A DNA stretch of 64,000 nucleotides from Narcine bancroftii. Its lineage: Eukaryota. The notes under the pieces were generated by a model. The model made no database searches and was not told where the DNA came from. It saw only the letters and a program-made list of their open reading frames with translations. Below are positions 12,671 to 24,769 of this stretch, piece after piece. Within the stretch, counting starts at the first letter, position 1. Every line of letters begins with the position of its first letter. A program made the translations under genes and the position numbers. The stretch is from contig NC_091477.1 of assembly GCF_036971445.1 (NCBI RefSeq), positions 93,000,001 to 93,064,000 on the forward strand, in the 5' to 3' direction.

Positions 12671-13504
12671 AAACTGTTCATGTTCCACCAAATCAGGTGC
12701 AGGAATTTCAGATAGTTTCCACAGGGTCAATATTGGGAAATGCTACCACTTTGCAGTATATGCAGAGGTTCATTTTGAAAAGTCTTAAAAATAAGCCAGG
12801 AATTTCAGAGCTTAAATATTTACAGAATAAATCCTAGCACAAATATGACAACACTTAAGGATATATTGGCATTTCCCCATTATCCAAGCCATATAAAAAC
12901 ATTTAACAAACATCACTTTATAGCCAATGGAGAATTTGCAAACATATTAAGCATTTCAAAAATCAGAAAGTTAGGACTATAACTAGTTTCGAGGATTAAT
13001 CACTTCTTAATAGGTTAAATCTGATGTCCCAAAGAGAGAACATGAGGATTAATCATAAAAAGTTGTCATCAGTTTTCCAATTAATGAAAACATCTCAAGT
13101 CTGGTTCTCCCAGTAGAGCTCATTACATGAAGGAAGCTGACGTGAGCAAGAAAATCTACAGTGTATCTGTTTTGATCTAATTTAGTTGGATGGATTAAAT
13201 AGACATATAGTCTCTAAATGAAGAAACTTGATTCCATTACTGAAAGATAATTATATGTTTGTACCCCCATCCAATGTGCTTATTTGTTTCAGAAGTCTCA
13301 AAACCTGTCAGCTGGAACAATTACAGATGAAATCAACCACCTTGTTCTTTAGAACAGTTGTGGTAATATATTGACAATCAAAAGGTAGGCTTCCACAATC
13401 TAAATTCTTCCTACTTCAGGTAACCATGAGATCATTAACCTTCATCATTTTATATACTCTCATCATGGTATTTTTTGATGTCCTTTAATTAATAATTTTT
13501 AAAC

Positions 13505-13790
13505 AGTACCTTGGAATTAAGGATAACTTGCTTTCACTCAAGTTTTGAGTTCTGAGCTGATTAATAAGCCCATTGTCTCACAAAGTCTCCAATTAATGGG
13601 CAGGAGGTGGTTGATGATTAGTTTGTAAGGAGGTTTATTCCTTCCACTGCTCATACAGGACTTTGCGTGCTTCTGAAGCATGATTATAAAGTCTTCAATA
13701 CTATTCTGCATGTTCCTTCTCCACCTGAATTGTCATTTGGCAGAGGATTTCAGGAATTAGTGGAGATGTTGAAATTTTTAAGGAAGCATA
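13505..13790 (-). mobile_element. Old RTE-like LINE 3' remnant (different family from the young RTE)
   Basis: Minus strand reads ASLKNFNISTNS followed by a decayed W..LA.DR..WR-like region. Confidence 0.5.
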
Positions 13791-14526
13791 GAGGGAAGGT
13801 AAGCTACTATCCTTAACCCAACAAACTTGTATGTGACACTAAACCAACAAATGTAATTAACTCTTAACTGCTTCACTAGTTGGCACTTCCTCAGAGTGCA
13901 TATCCTGCATATCCTTCCCTGAAGGGTTAGAATGACTTACTGAATGCCTCTGAAGGGAATCTGTATCAATCTTGTATGAAAAGAAAGACACAGTGAGTTC
14001 TTTCAAACTTAAAAGCCTTGGCTTGATATCATGCATATTACCATGCTTGACACCTGGGATTTATTACAATTTTTCCCAGTCTGTGCATCATCAATGTGAA
14101 CAAGGATGATATTCAGATATTCTGACACCAATGGGCTTTCATATGGTTTGGTTCACTGATATTCATCTCTTCTACCCTGCACTTGTTAGATCTGAGATCT
14201 ACTGAGGTCCTCTTCTGCATCCCCCAGATCTTCCTTTCCCCTGAAATAAAGGGAGGGATAATGCTTGTGACTGACTTTAATAACATGTCGAACAGAGGAA
14301 TTGATGAAAATGCAAAATGGCAGGGATAGCAATTCACCAGATTGAGGATGAATATCTAAGGTGGAATGAAGGATGGATTATGATGATGTGCGTCAGTGCA
14401 CTCAAAGGAGGTTAATGTGAGGAAAGATGATCTCAAGGATCAAGTACATTGAAGGTCTAAGGACAATGTGTACCCCACAGAGCTGGCAAGGGATGATTAC
14501 TCTTTCCTTTCTAGCTCAATTTAGGT

Positions 14527-14898
14527 CAGGGGTGGGCAACTTTTTTATAAAATTCATATTCCTTTTTAAGTAATCCCTATGCCATAAGTACTCTGTGATT
14601 AGAAAGGGATTGCTTAAGGTGGTATGTGAGTGAAAATTAAAATGTTTGTAAACTACTGTTTTAATTGTACCTAATTGACTCATTATGTTCATGGTTTCAT
14701 TGCTCCAAAGGAAATGGGCCAAGGAGAATTTTTCTCAAGCAAAATACTTCAGAAACAGCCTAGAGCAGTGGTCCTCAACTTTCCCTTCCCACTCACATAT
14801 CACCTTAAGCAATCCCTTACCAATCACAGAGCACTTATGGCATAGGAAATACTTAAGGTGAAATATGTGGTTTTTTTTTAAAAAGGTTGCTCATCTCT
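14527..14898. mobile_element. Composite hAT(Charlie)-like MITE: two inverted copies of a ~130-bp palindromic unit
   Basis: Arm 14527-14658 is the reverse complement of arm 14766-14898 (CCTATGCCATAAGTACTCTGTGATT...GGGATTGCTTAAGGTG versus CACCTTAAGCAATCCC...AATCACAGAGCACTTATGGCATAGG). Ends resemble CAGGGGTGGGCAAC and CAGTGGTCCTCAAC. Candidate 8-bp TSD ATTTAGGT/AGTTAGGT. Confidence 0.8.
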
Positions 14899-15029
14899 AG
14901 TTAGGTTATTGAAATAGTTCATGCATTGCATCCAGGATCATCAAATTATGCCAATGACACTATCTTACTCTCCCAAGCTTGGAGGTTAATTTCAGCTCTC
15001 CACACCAGATCCAGGAAAACATCACCATA

Positions 15030-15225
15030 GGAAGGCACAGCCTTTAATCTTCTTGACTCTCTCCCAGCACTTAATCCTCTGCAGATTCACCTCCACCTAT
15101 TCATCATTCCAATCCCATTCTGATTGTTCGCTCTGTAGCCTCCTACACCCAAATTAAGCTTGAGGAACAACAGCTCATTTTCCATCTTGCAAGACTCAGT
15201 ATTGAATTCTCCAACTTCAGAAACC
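15030..15225 (+). mobile_element. Penelope-like element remnant (end of GIY-YIG region)
   Basis: Reads KLEEQQLIFHL...LSIEFSNFR, matching the C-terminus of the Penelope at 33480-33560. Confidence 0.7.
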
Positions 15226-15354
15226 TTATTGCTCCTTTCTGTTTAAATTAGGACCAGCCAGTTCTGCCTATTATCAAATGTCATCAGTAGCCAGTTTTCA
15301 CTTTTTTGCTTTTTTTTTTAAGGATGGTCTAGTGGTTGTTTACAATTAGCAACA

Positions 15355-15765
15355 CATCAGAATCAGAATTTATTGTCCTGAATATATTACTAAATTGGTT
15401 GTTTTGCAATTTTGCAGGAGAATAAATAAAAAAGTTCAAGAAAAAGCCAGAATAAGGCAGCGTTTGGGGTTCTTTGTTCATTCAGGAATCTGATGGCAGA
15501 GTGGAGTGCTGCTCAGTGCTCATCTTCAGGCTCCTGTATCTTTAATCCCAATGGTAGCAGAGAGAAGGTCATGGCCTGGATGGTGTGGGTCCTTGAGGAT
15601 AGAGCCTGCTTTCTTAAGAAATTTCCTCTTGTAAATGTACTTGATCAAGTGAAAGCTGTAACCCATGACGTTGCAGGCTGAGTTAACAACACTCTGGCAC
15701 TTCTGTACCAGACAGTCATGCAATCAGCTAGAATGCTCTCCATGGTGCACCTGTAGAGGTTTCAC
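15355..15765 (-). mobile_element. Rex1/Babar LINE 3' end
   Basis: (ATCAGA)n tail followed by ATTTATTGTC. Minus ORF KKAGSILKDPHHPGHDL. Same type as 22946 and 40848. Confidence 0.85.
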
Positions 15766-15889
15766 ACACTCACTCACTTTCATAGATGCAAACAAGCTTA
15801 ATCTAACTTTAACTGCTCTCTAATTGCTACCTTAGGGTCTCATCCTCTCAGAGATCTTCATTTTGCTCCACCATCCCACTCACAACCTT

Positions 15890-16020
15890 GTGGACACCTC
15901 ATTTATTCTGTACCTTAATGAAGGGCTCAAGCCAGAAATGTCAGTTAAGTATCTTTATCTTTGCAATAATTAAGGACGCTGTTTGACCTGCTGAGTTTCT
16001 CTAGCATTGCGTTTTTACTT
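15890..16020 (+). repeat. Penelope terminal-repeat (pLTR) fragment with decayed hammerhead core
   Basis: CTTAATGAAGGGCTCAAGCCAGAAATGTC...CTGTTTGACCTGCTGAGTTTCTCTAGCATT, homologous to the end of the Penelope at 33220-33312. Confidence 0.75.
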
Positions 16021-17941
16021 TGTTGTATGTAAATGATCTTTCAGTTGGACTCAAGTGCAGACTATTCTTTACACGTCTAACACCAAGACTGCCTAAAATG
16101 CTCCACTCAGGTTGCTCGACTTTGTTCGACTTTCAAGAAACAATTCAGAAAGCCAAATGTTAAATATTAACACAGGCAAGTTTTAAAAATATTTTATACT
16201 TTTTATGTTTTCAATAAGATTTCACATTGCAACCAGAAGTGTCTATATAATTTTTTTTTTTTAAAAACATGCAGCAACTTCTGAGACCGATTCACCTTGA
16301 AATATATTTTCTGTATTTCAGTAGAAGTTCCTCTCTGAGATATGAATAGCATCATTCCTGCAACTTGATCTCACTCTGGAGAATTATATCACTGTGGTAT
16401 TTCTGTCTTTATTACATTAAGCCTACATGTACCCTAGTCGTTAGGACAGAATTCAATGTTTTTTAATAAATTAATATGAATGTACTTTTAATTGACTCAA
16501 TTCATTTTGTGATCTGGCAATGTTAGTAATTTTGTTCTCCTTTTATGATCAAACTATCTGCCCTGTCAAAGAAAAGGACTAAAAAGTAGAGAGATGTCTG
16601 AAGGTCAAGATTCTATTTTGTAATATATGGATCATTAAGAATGAATCACGACTGAACTCTGGAGCTGACTAGTCTATAAAAGTGATGAGCATTTAAGGAA
16701 AGTAGCATGGTTCAAATAATAACTTTCCTCCCTTTAGATTCAATGGAAAAAGATTATGGAAGCATATCCACTCTATATTTTCTACCATCCTGTGCAAATT
16801 ATGTGAGGTTGTTCATTCTACCCAATTTATATAACCTCTAACTTTCCAGAAAGTGAATTAGCATGGCATTCTTCTATAGCCTTCAAAGGTAATGGAGCAA
16901 AAACTGTGACTGATATAATGGAGTGAATTTTCTTCTAAGTGGCTTTGGAACAGGGTAATTCATTGGTCACCTAATCAAGTGAAGGGAAAGGCTGCCTAAT
17001 GTTGATGACATTTAGATCATGCAGATTGTATTACATTTTGGTGTCGATTAGCATTAAAGTTCCATAGCTTGCTCGTGAAGCTGCATTGCTGGGAGAAAAA
17101 AAATGTTTTCCTTGCATCAGGAAAATCCTTCTGGACAAAAAACTCTCTACCGATTTCAAGTCTATCCAAGATCAGTGAAGATGTTGTCTAAAGATACAAA
17201 CACTTCATTAACTAAAATTCCCCTTAAACGATGCTGTCTTTAGACATATATACCATAGATTTTGCCATACAAGTCAACCTTCAGACAAGTTTGATCCCAA
17301 TTTTCAGCCTCATTTTCATGGTTTTATCCTATAAATCGGATGTATATGAACCCTCCCCCCCCCACACCCACAATTTTCTACAAGGGACATGCCAGAGACT
17401 GGTGTTTGGGTCTCCCAACAACAACCAAAACTTTGTTACAATACCCCAAACACCAAGTAACAAACCTGTAAATTAAGCAAACAAGTTAAAAAAAAACTAG
17501 GAAGATGCCAAATGATGTTGGGTTCAAGTCTTCAGCGTCGGCTGCAGCAAGACATGGCGATGGCAACTCTATTCTCAACGTTAGATGTAGTGCTGTCTAC
17601 ATCGAGGAAGTCACCTCGCTGACCAAGTGCGCTCAAAGGAAGAACCGTGGCTATGTGTTAGCTTGGGGGCGGGGGCAACAGTTCCCAGGCAGGAGCAGGG
17701 ATCTCAGGCTCTACAATTGTAAAATTTACCAAATTCTGGTGGCACTGGCAGTGTGGAGGTGATTTCAGGGATGTCTTGTATGCTGAATCTACATTTAGTG
17801 GTTTTTTTGGAGTTGAATACAAGGTCTCATTTTTGTATCTAGCATACGTCAACTCCTGATTTTTAAGTGCTTTTTGAGGGTTTAAAGACTCGACTTTTAT
17901 GCCGAAATATATGGTAATTGCAGATAAGCTCTACAATTATA

Positions 17942-18120
17942 GAGAGCCCACTTCACTGACAAAAGAGGCAAAACCCAACCAACCAATTTTCCCTTGCAAC
18001 CGCTGCAACCATGCTTGCCTGTCCCGCCTCAGACTTGTCAGTCACCAATGAGCCTGCAGCAGACTTGGACATACCCCTCCATAAATCTTCGTCCGCAAAG
18101 CCAAGCCAAAGAAAAAAAAA
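17942..18120 (+). mobile_element. RTE LINE 3' end
   Basis: CCAATTTTCCCTTGCAACCGCTGCAACC...CCATAAATCTTCGTCCGCAAAGCCAAGCCAAAG plus A-tail. Confidence 0.9.
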
Positions 18121-19914
18121 TAGGAATATGTGAATTCAAACCATTTGTGAGTAGAAATATCAGGTAAATATATTCCTCTATTTGGATTCTTAATATAACG
18201 TTAGTATACCTATTTTCACCTATAGTTGTCTTTCTTAAAAATTATATGTTTAAATACTATATTTTTTTTTAAATTTATGACAGATGACTTCCAAGAGCCT
18301 TACAGATTTAGGGAGTTCCTTCTAAATCCCTAAGAAAGTACTCAAAATTAGTTTCCACAAATGCTTACCCTTTTAATTTAAACTCTTAAATGCTGATCCT
18401 TGCCATTGCCATCAAATAATATCAGTCAGATTGCCTCACCATTATTTCTACTGAGGGAACTAAAATAACATCGATGTACAAATGATGTCATGGTATCTCA
18501 GCTTTTAAACATTGTCTGGCATTGTTCAGGCACTAGAATTATATCAATTTTCTCCTTTTAGATGGGGTCTTTTGCAGCTTCAACTCATGTCAAGAAGGTT
18601 TATAGTCAATTAAGTAATTCTGAAGTGTTGCAATGTAAGAAACAATGATGATTAGTTTTCACACAGTATATTGACTGTATGATTGAATGGTTGATTTGCA
18701 AATATTTGTAAAACGAGTGCTAGAGGTATACATCATGTAACAGAATGTGGGTACAGCAATGCATTTGTTAAGCAATGCGAACTGATCGAGTATTCATCGA
18801 CTTTGACAATGTGAATGAGGAGATGACAATTTTAATGGCATTTCACTTTGGTACATAACCTCTCATGAGCTCTTGCTCCTTAGCCACATCTTTCCCTCTG
18901 TCTTATGGTTGATCCAGAGGGTTTCTAGTGCCATTTGAGTCTTCCTTTCTACCTCTTCATTCAGTACCTTGAATGTGCTATCAGAAAATCAGTTGTCTGC
19001 TCCCATAATGGGCTTTCAGAGGCCTGCTCTCCAATGCGGAGTAATGGTTGGAAGCAATTGGCATCTTTCTTTATGAGATGTAGTCTAGCCAGTTAAGTTC
19101 TGCTGGTACCAACAATTCCCATTGTTTTTATGTGCTTATTCACTGAATGGCATGATTAGTCCTGGCTAGCAAGGGAATAACACATTTCAAGAGCAGACTG
19201 CAGCAGATCAAATAGATATGGCTTCTTATGGACTGCTTCTTGCACCATATCTTTTCAGGTTAACTGCCTCTTGAGTAGTAAACTCCTAATAAATTTGTTT
19301 TTCCAAAATCTTTGACTATTCACCTGTCTGGACAAAGAAACAGAATTAATATTGCAGAGCAATGACTTTTCATGAGAGTTCAGTTTTGGTAAAGGATCAA
19401 TTACATGAAATATTCTCTCCATAACATACATACTGATTAAGGAATCATTATTGAACAGAAATCTCACAATTTCTTAAAACTCTATAAAATGGGCAGTACA
19501 GACTCATGGACTGAAATGGCCTGTTCCTGTGCTGTTTGTCTAATTTTAAAATATGAAATTAAAATTTAAAACATATCTGGGTTTCTACGGCCTCAATTAT
19601 AAACAACATCCAGCTTCTCTCTTCCATCACTCCAGGGCAACCGCCAGTGGGTAGATATTTATCAATGATATCGGAGTTATATTTGCAGAATTTGATTTCA
19701 CATGCAAATTTCTGATGCTCTTCAAACATCTAAAACTACCAAGAATGGACAGATTGGGTATGCTTTCATTTCACATCACTTCTAGAATTTCCAAAAACTT
19801 AATTTTAAAGGACCTAAAGATGTAACCAAGGAACACCACCTCCTCATTATTTAGGCAGAAGTGTTCATGCTGTATCCTGCCTTGATAAACCTAGTCTGAG
19901 TACCTGTGTGATCT

Positions 19915-20340
19915 GTTGAACTTTGGTAGGTTAAAGCAAGGCAGGGCTTACAGGATAAATGGTAAGGTCCTAGAGAGTGTCATTGAGCAGAGAGACCTCG
20001 GGTGACAGGTACATAGTTCCACAACAGAGGCCACACAAGAAAAGGGAACCTTTTCCCCACAAAAACTAAAGACATGAAATTATGAGAAGGGAATGATTTC
20101 AAAAGGACACAAGGGGAATTATTTTCCAACCGAATATGGTGGTTATATGGATCGAGCAGCCAGAGGAAACAGCAGAGGCAGATGGAATTGTCTAAATTTC
20201 TTTTGAGCATTACAAGTTTGTGGATAAGAACAGTTCAGAAGTATATGGACCAAATGTAGGCAAATGGACTAGCTTGGGTAGATTTGGTTAACACAGAGAT
20301 TGGGCCAGAGACCGTTTCCAAGCTGCAAAACCTGATGACA
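19915..20340 (+). mobile_element. Degraded CR1 3' part
   Basis: GAGCAGAGAGACCTCGGG (EQRDLG), AGGGGAATTATTTTCC (RGNxF-like), and a CR1-type 3' UTR (ATGGACCAAATGTAGGCAAATGGACTAG). Confidence 0.7.
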
Positions 20341-20940
20341 AAAAATAGGAAAGTACTTCTCAACTTTGGCATTCATGCCCAGTGTTGATAAAAAAAAATC
20401 AAAAGAATGATTGCAAAGACGTAGAACAAAAGTGTGAAACCAAATTTGAGAATTGATATTGAAGCATGCCATTTCAAACCATTTTCAATAGAAAATATTT
20501 TGGATTTTTTTTTTTAAAGTTCTTATTTCCTTTTCTTCTCTAGAACACACAAAGATTTGGTATATATTGTTTCATTGTAACCAAATCAATGTTACAGCCC
20601 ATTTTGAGTCATTTACAATAAATTACGATTGTAATTCAGATCTGTTACCAGTATTTAAAAGAACATTTTGCTTTAATTATCTTTAATCAATGCAAAATAA
20701 TTATTTCAATAGGCACATTAAAAGATGTAAACAATCTCCAATGTTTTACTAACAAAACAAGTCTCAAATTCAATACCAAAGTACTGGTAAATTAATTTCA
20801 TCAGCAAGTTGTGTAAAAATACCCTATACATCAAATAGCTGCCACAGAAATTAGATAATCAATTATTATTTGTTTCTTCTATTTAGAATAGTAAATTATG
20901 TTTCCTAACACCCAATGGTTTAATTACATTTTGGAACTTT

Positions 20941-21020
20941 GTTAGTCACCAACGAGCCTGCAGCAGACGTGGACATAACCCTCCATAAATCTTCGTCCGC
21001 GAAGCCAAGCCAAAGGAGAA
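20941..21020 (+). mobile_element. RTE LINE extreme 3' end (about 75 bp)
   Basis: GTCACCAACGAGCCTGCAGCAGACGTGGACATAACCCTCCATAAATCTTCGTCCGCGAAGCCAAGCCAAAG. Confidence 0.9.
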
Positions 21021-22210
21021 TACATGCAATCCAAACAATGTGCTAACAGCAATATCTACCATCAAACTTTCACAGCAGAACAGGTGATTGGATAGGTAAG
21101 ACCTTCCCCTTGAAACCAAGCATGGTCTGCAATGATACAAGAACTGATCCATTGGTTTATTGTTGAAGGGATGATGCTGGAAATTACCACCAAACTCTTC
21201 ACCAAAGGAAGGTATTAACTTTATTGAGACTGAATTCTCACCTGGTCACAAGGCATTCCATCTGGAAGGATAGTTACTTTCTCTTATGCTTTCTCTTCAC
21301 TAATGAAGTATTAAATGACAGAATGATTCTTTTGTGCATTTTAGAGAGAAATTGAGTTTTATTTTAAATTGCGGAGTTTCATGGGATATATCACATTGCT
21401 GTTTTATTTGGGCAAAATTCAAAATTCTTTACATTCAAAATGTAACAAAGTTTTCAAAAAGTTAAGGTTGTTGAACATTCTTGAGATCCATTCCACAAGT
21501 AAATAATGTTTTGTACATGTACAAACTTTACTGAAGTTACTGGCCAAAACGTCTCTCAGAGCAATTCAGTAACCTATTTAAAAAGCAATGGCAGCAAGCA
21601 CATATGACCATATCTACCCACAGATTGCTCTCAAATTTCATTAGGTTCTTATTTAGTCGCTGTAATCTCCTCTCAAGTAAGCTCAAGAGGTCCTAAATCC
21701 TGGGCAGTGTCAATGGTGTAGTCTCAGAGACAGCACCAAGTAAAGCTATGCTATTTAATTTTCTTATAATTAGCACAATTAATGTTTGGAATCACATCAA
21801 ATTGAAGCAGATCTTCCCTGTTATTAAATATTTTTTTGCCTTTGCAACGTATCTTAATATTTCTTCATTATATTAACTTAGTTCACTTCCACTTATCTGT
21901 GGATAACCAATGTACTAGACAATTAACTGCGTAATTGATAACGACATTCAAATTCAAAATGCGGAAAATGATAAATCGAGGCTGCAGACTGCGGCTGGAA
22001 TGGCTTCATGGAGTGTCTGTCTGTCTGATAACACTGCATTATTGGTCTCATTCCAGTTCCTGTGGGAAGAAGTCATGATTCAAGACAATTTACCTTTAGT
22101 CAGCCAGGTTTAGGAACAAAGGATACACAAGAGGCTGCAAATATTGTAATCTGGACTCCAAAACATCAACAAGCCCTTATCTCATGCAGATGCTGTTTGA
22201 CCACCCAGTG

Positions 22211-22500
22211 CTCTTGGTGCCTGCCACGATGACCACCGCCAGTGGGCTGATATCGCATCCAACCATTAATCTTGGCGCCTCACAGTTCGCCGGGCAGCAA
22301 CCTCCTTTGAAGACCGCAGAGCCCACCTCACTGACAAAAGAGGAAAAAACCCAACACTCAACCAACCAATTTTCCCTTGCAACCGCTGCAACCGTGTCTG
22401 CCTGTCCCGCATCGGACTTGTCAGTCACCAACGAGCCTGCAGCAGACGTGGACATACCCCTCCATAAATCTTTATCCGCAAAGCCAAGCCAAAGAAAGAA
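22211..22500 (+). mobile_element. RTE LINE 3' end inserted into a Penelope terminal-repeat remnant
   Basis: Collinear with the reverse complement of 8198-8510, (AAGA)n tail. Flanks GATGCTGTTTGACC... and GAGTCCCAGCAGTT form one interrupted pLTR-type motif. Confidence 0.9.
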
Positions 22501-22945
22501 GAGTCCCAGCAGTTACTTTTTGCTCCAAGTTTTAAAACATTGTCTATAAATTCTCTCACCACACCCATACTAATCAGCGCCTCATTAGAGACCCAAAGTA
22601 CAGCAGCATGGTTGAGATGGTGATGGGGGTGTAAGGTAGCCCTTCCTCCAAATCATTTCTGATAACTTGGAGATGGGACTTTTCCAGCCATAAAAACTTC
22701 AGATTTTTAATAGATATAAATGCTTCTGATGATCAGGGATACATGAATTGTTTTAATAAATGAGGCAAGTTTTCTCCCAGTTATGCCTCAAAATATTTCC
22801 TTGTCCATACTTCACCATGAAAGTCTAGGAATCAGCCAGTTTTCATTTGCCTGCCTGCTACCAGCAGTGTTATCCTGTGTCCATACTCAGTAAGACTAAA
22901 GAAAAATTGAAATGTTATTCAATAATTTGACTGATAAGTTGTTAA

Positions 22946-24187
22946 GATCAGAATTTATTGTCATGAACAGGTCATGAAATTTGATGTTTTATAACAGCGT
23001 CACAGTGCAAACATACATGTTATGAACCATCTTACAACAATAATATTTTAAAAATTAAAATAGTAATGCACAAAAAGTAAGGCAGTGTCTTTGGTTCATT
23101 GATCATTCAGAAATCTGATGGCAGGAATCCCTACGTCACTGAGTGCTCATCTTTAGACTCCTGTACCTCTTTCCCAAAGGGAGCAGAGTGAAGAGGGCAT
23201 GGCCTGGATGACGGGGGTCTTTGAAGATAGAGGCTGATTTTTTTTTTTAAATATAAAGACACTGCCTCATGTATATGTCCTTGATGGAGTGAAGTCTGTT
23301 GTCTGTGATGTCACAGGTCAAATTAACCACCGTCTGGAGTTTTTCTCTTGTCCTGAGATTTGGCACCTCCATACCAGACAATGATGCAGCCAGCCACAAA
23401 GCTCTCTACTGAACACTTGTAGAAGTTTTCAAGAGTCTTTGGTGACGTACTAAATCTCCTGAAGCACCTCAAAGTACAATTGTTGGCGAGCCTTCTTCAC
23501 GATTCTGTAAACATGGAGGCTCCAGGAGAGATCCTCAGAAATATTGACATCTCTCTACAACTGAGCCCTCAATGAGGACTGGGTTGTTTTCCCCAGATTT
23601 CCTCCTGAATCATCTCCTAGACTTTGCTAATGTTGAACGCAAGGATATTGATGTGACATCTATCTCCCTCCTGTACACTTCCTTAATGTTATTTGTGATT
23701 CTACCGACAACTGTGGTGTCATTGGAAAACTTGTAGATAGCATTGGAATTGTGCCTGACCACACAATCGTGGGTGTACAATGAGTAGAGCAGTGGGCTAA
23801 GCACATATCCTTGGGGTGTGCCAGTGTTGATAATCAGTGAGTAGGATATGTTACTTCCAATTCGTACTGACTGTGGTCTTCCAATGAGAAAGTCAAGGAT
23901 CCAGTTGCAGAGAGGCCCAGTGTTTGTAGCTTCTTGACCACCACTGAGGGAATAATGGTATTGAAGACTAAGCTGTAGTTGAATGAAGAGCAGCCGAATG
24001 TATGAGTTGCTGTTTTCAAGGTGCTCCTGAGCGGCAAACCAGTGATATTGGATCTCCTGTGGAGCCATTGTGACAATGCAGTGGGTCCAGATCTTTTAGT
24101 TACTTGTTAAAATTCTGGCCACGCAGCATCTCAAAGCACTTCCATCACAGTAGAAGTGAGTGCTACTGGGCAATAGTTGTTAAGGTC
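22946..24187 (-). mobile_element. Rex1/Babar LINE, about 1.25 kb, RT region to 3' end
   Basis: ORF LCNWILDFLIGRPQSVRIG...NTGTPQGYVLSPLLYSLYTHDC...YKFSNDTTVVGRI. The 5' end reads NYCPVALTSTVM. ATCAGAATTTATTGTC tail. Confidence 0.92.
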
Positions 24188-24769
24188 ACTTGTAGATGAA
24201 AATGAAGATCAGCTCATTCATGTGAGCCAGATTACCCTGTGATTGGAGTCTATTTGCAGTGTCAGAAATGATGATCCCAGATTTTGGCATCAATTCTCCA
24301 CTTCTGCTTTGATGATCAGATTGAGAAGTAAAGTCAGGAGAAATGGGAACGACACCGATGTGGCCTCCTCAGTAGTCCAGCCTTTTCATTTAAATGGTTG
24401 TAAACGTAAATGGGGAGTTCTAGTTGGGGCCAGTCCACAGGGATGCTTGGATCTCTTGCCTTTGCTGGAAAAGACAAGGCGGGAACAGGTATGATTACAA
24501 TTGTATCTTCTTCCCATTGAGTAAATGCAGCTTTAACAGTCAGAGAAGGACTAGTGACAATGTATAATGAAAATGTTTAAATTATATGCCAGGATTTTTT
24601 TTTTTTTAAATATATAAATGGAAGGCCACCAACCTATGGAGAAATGATAAATAAATATCAGTTAACTTCAGGCAACAAAATAGATCAGATCCAAGGAAGG
24701 AATCTATCTGAAGTTATATACAGATGAATTAATTGTGGTAGGAATACCAATTAGCACTAAGCAAGGGCA

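Noticed and set aside
2637-22500. Recurrent near-identical 70-120 bp sequence as a CRISPR-like or regulatory array
   Set aside because: Irregular spacing, both orientations and variable 5' truncation identify it as RTE LINE 3' ends.
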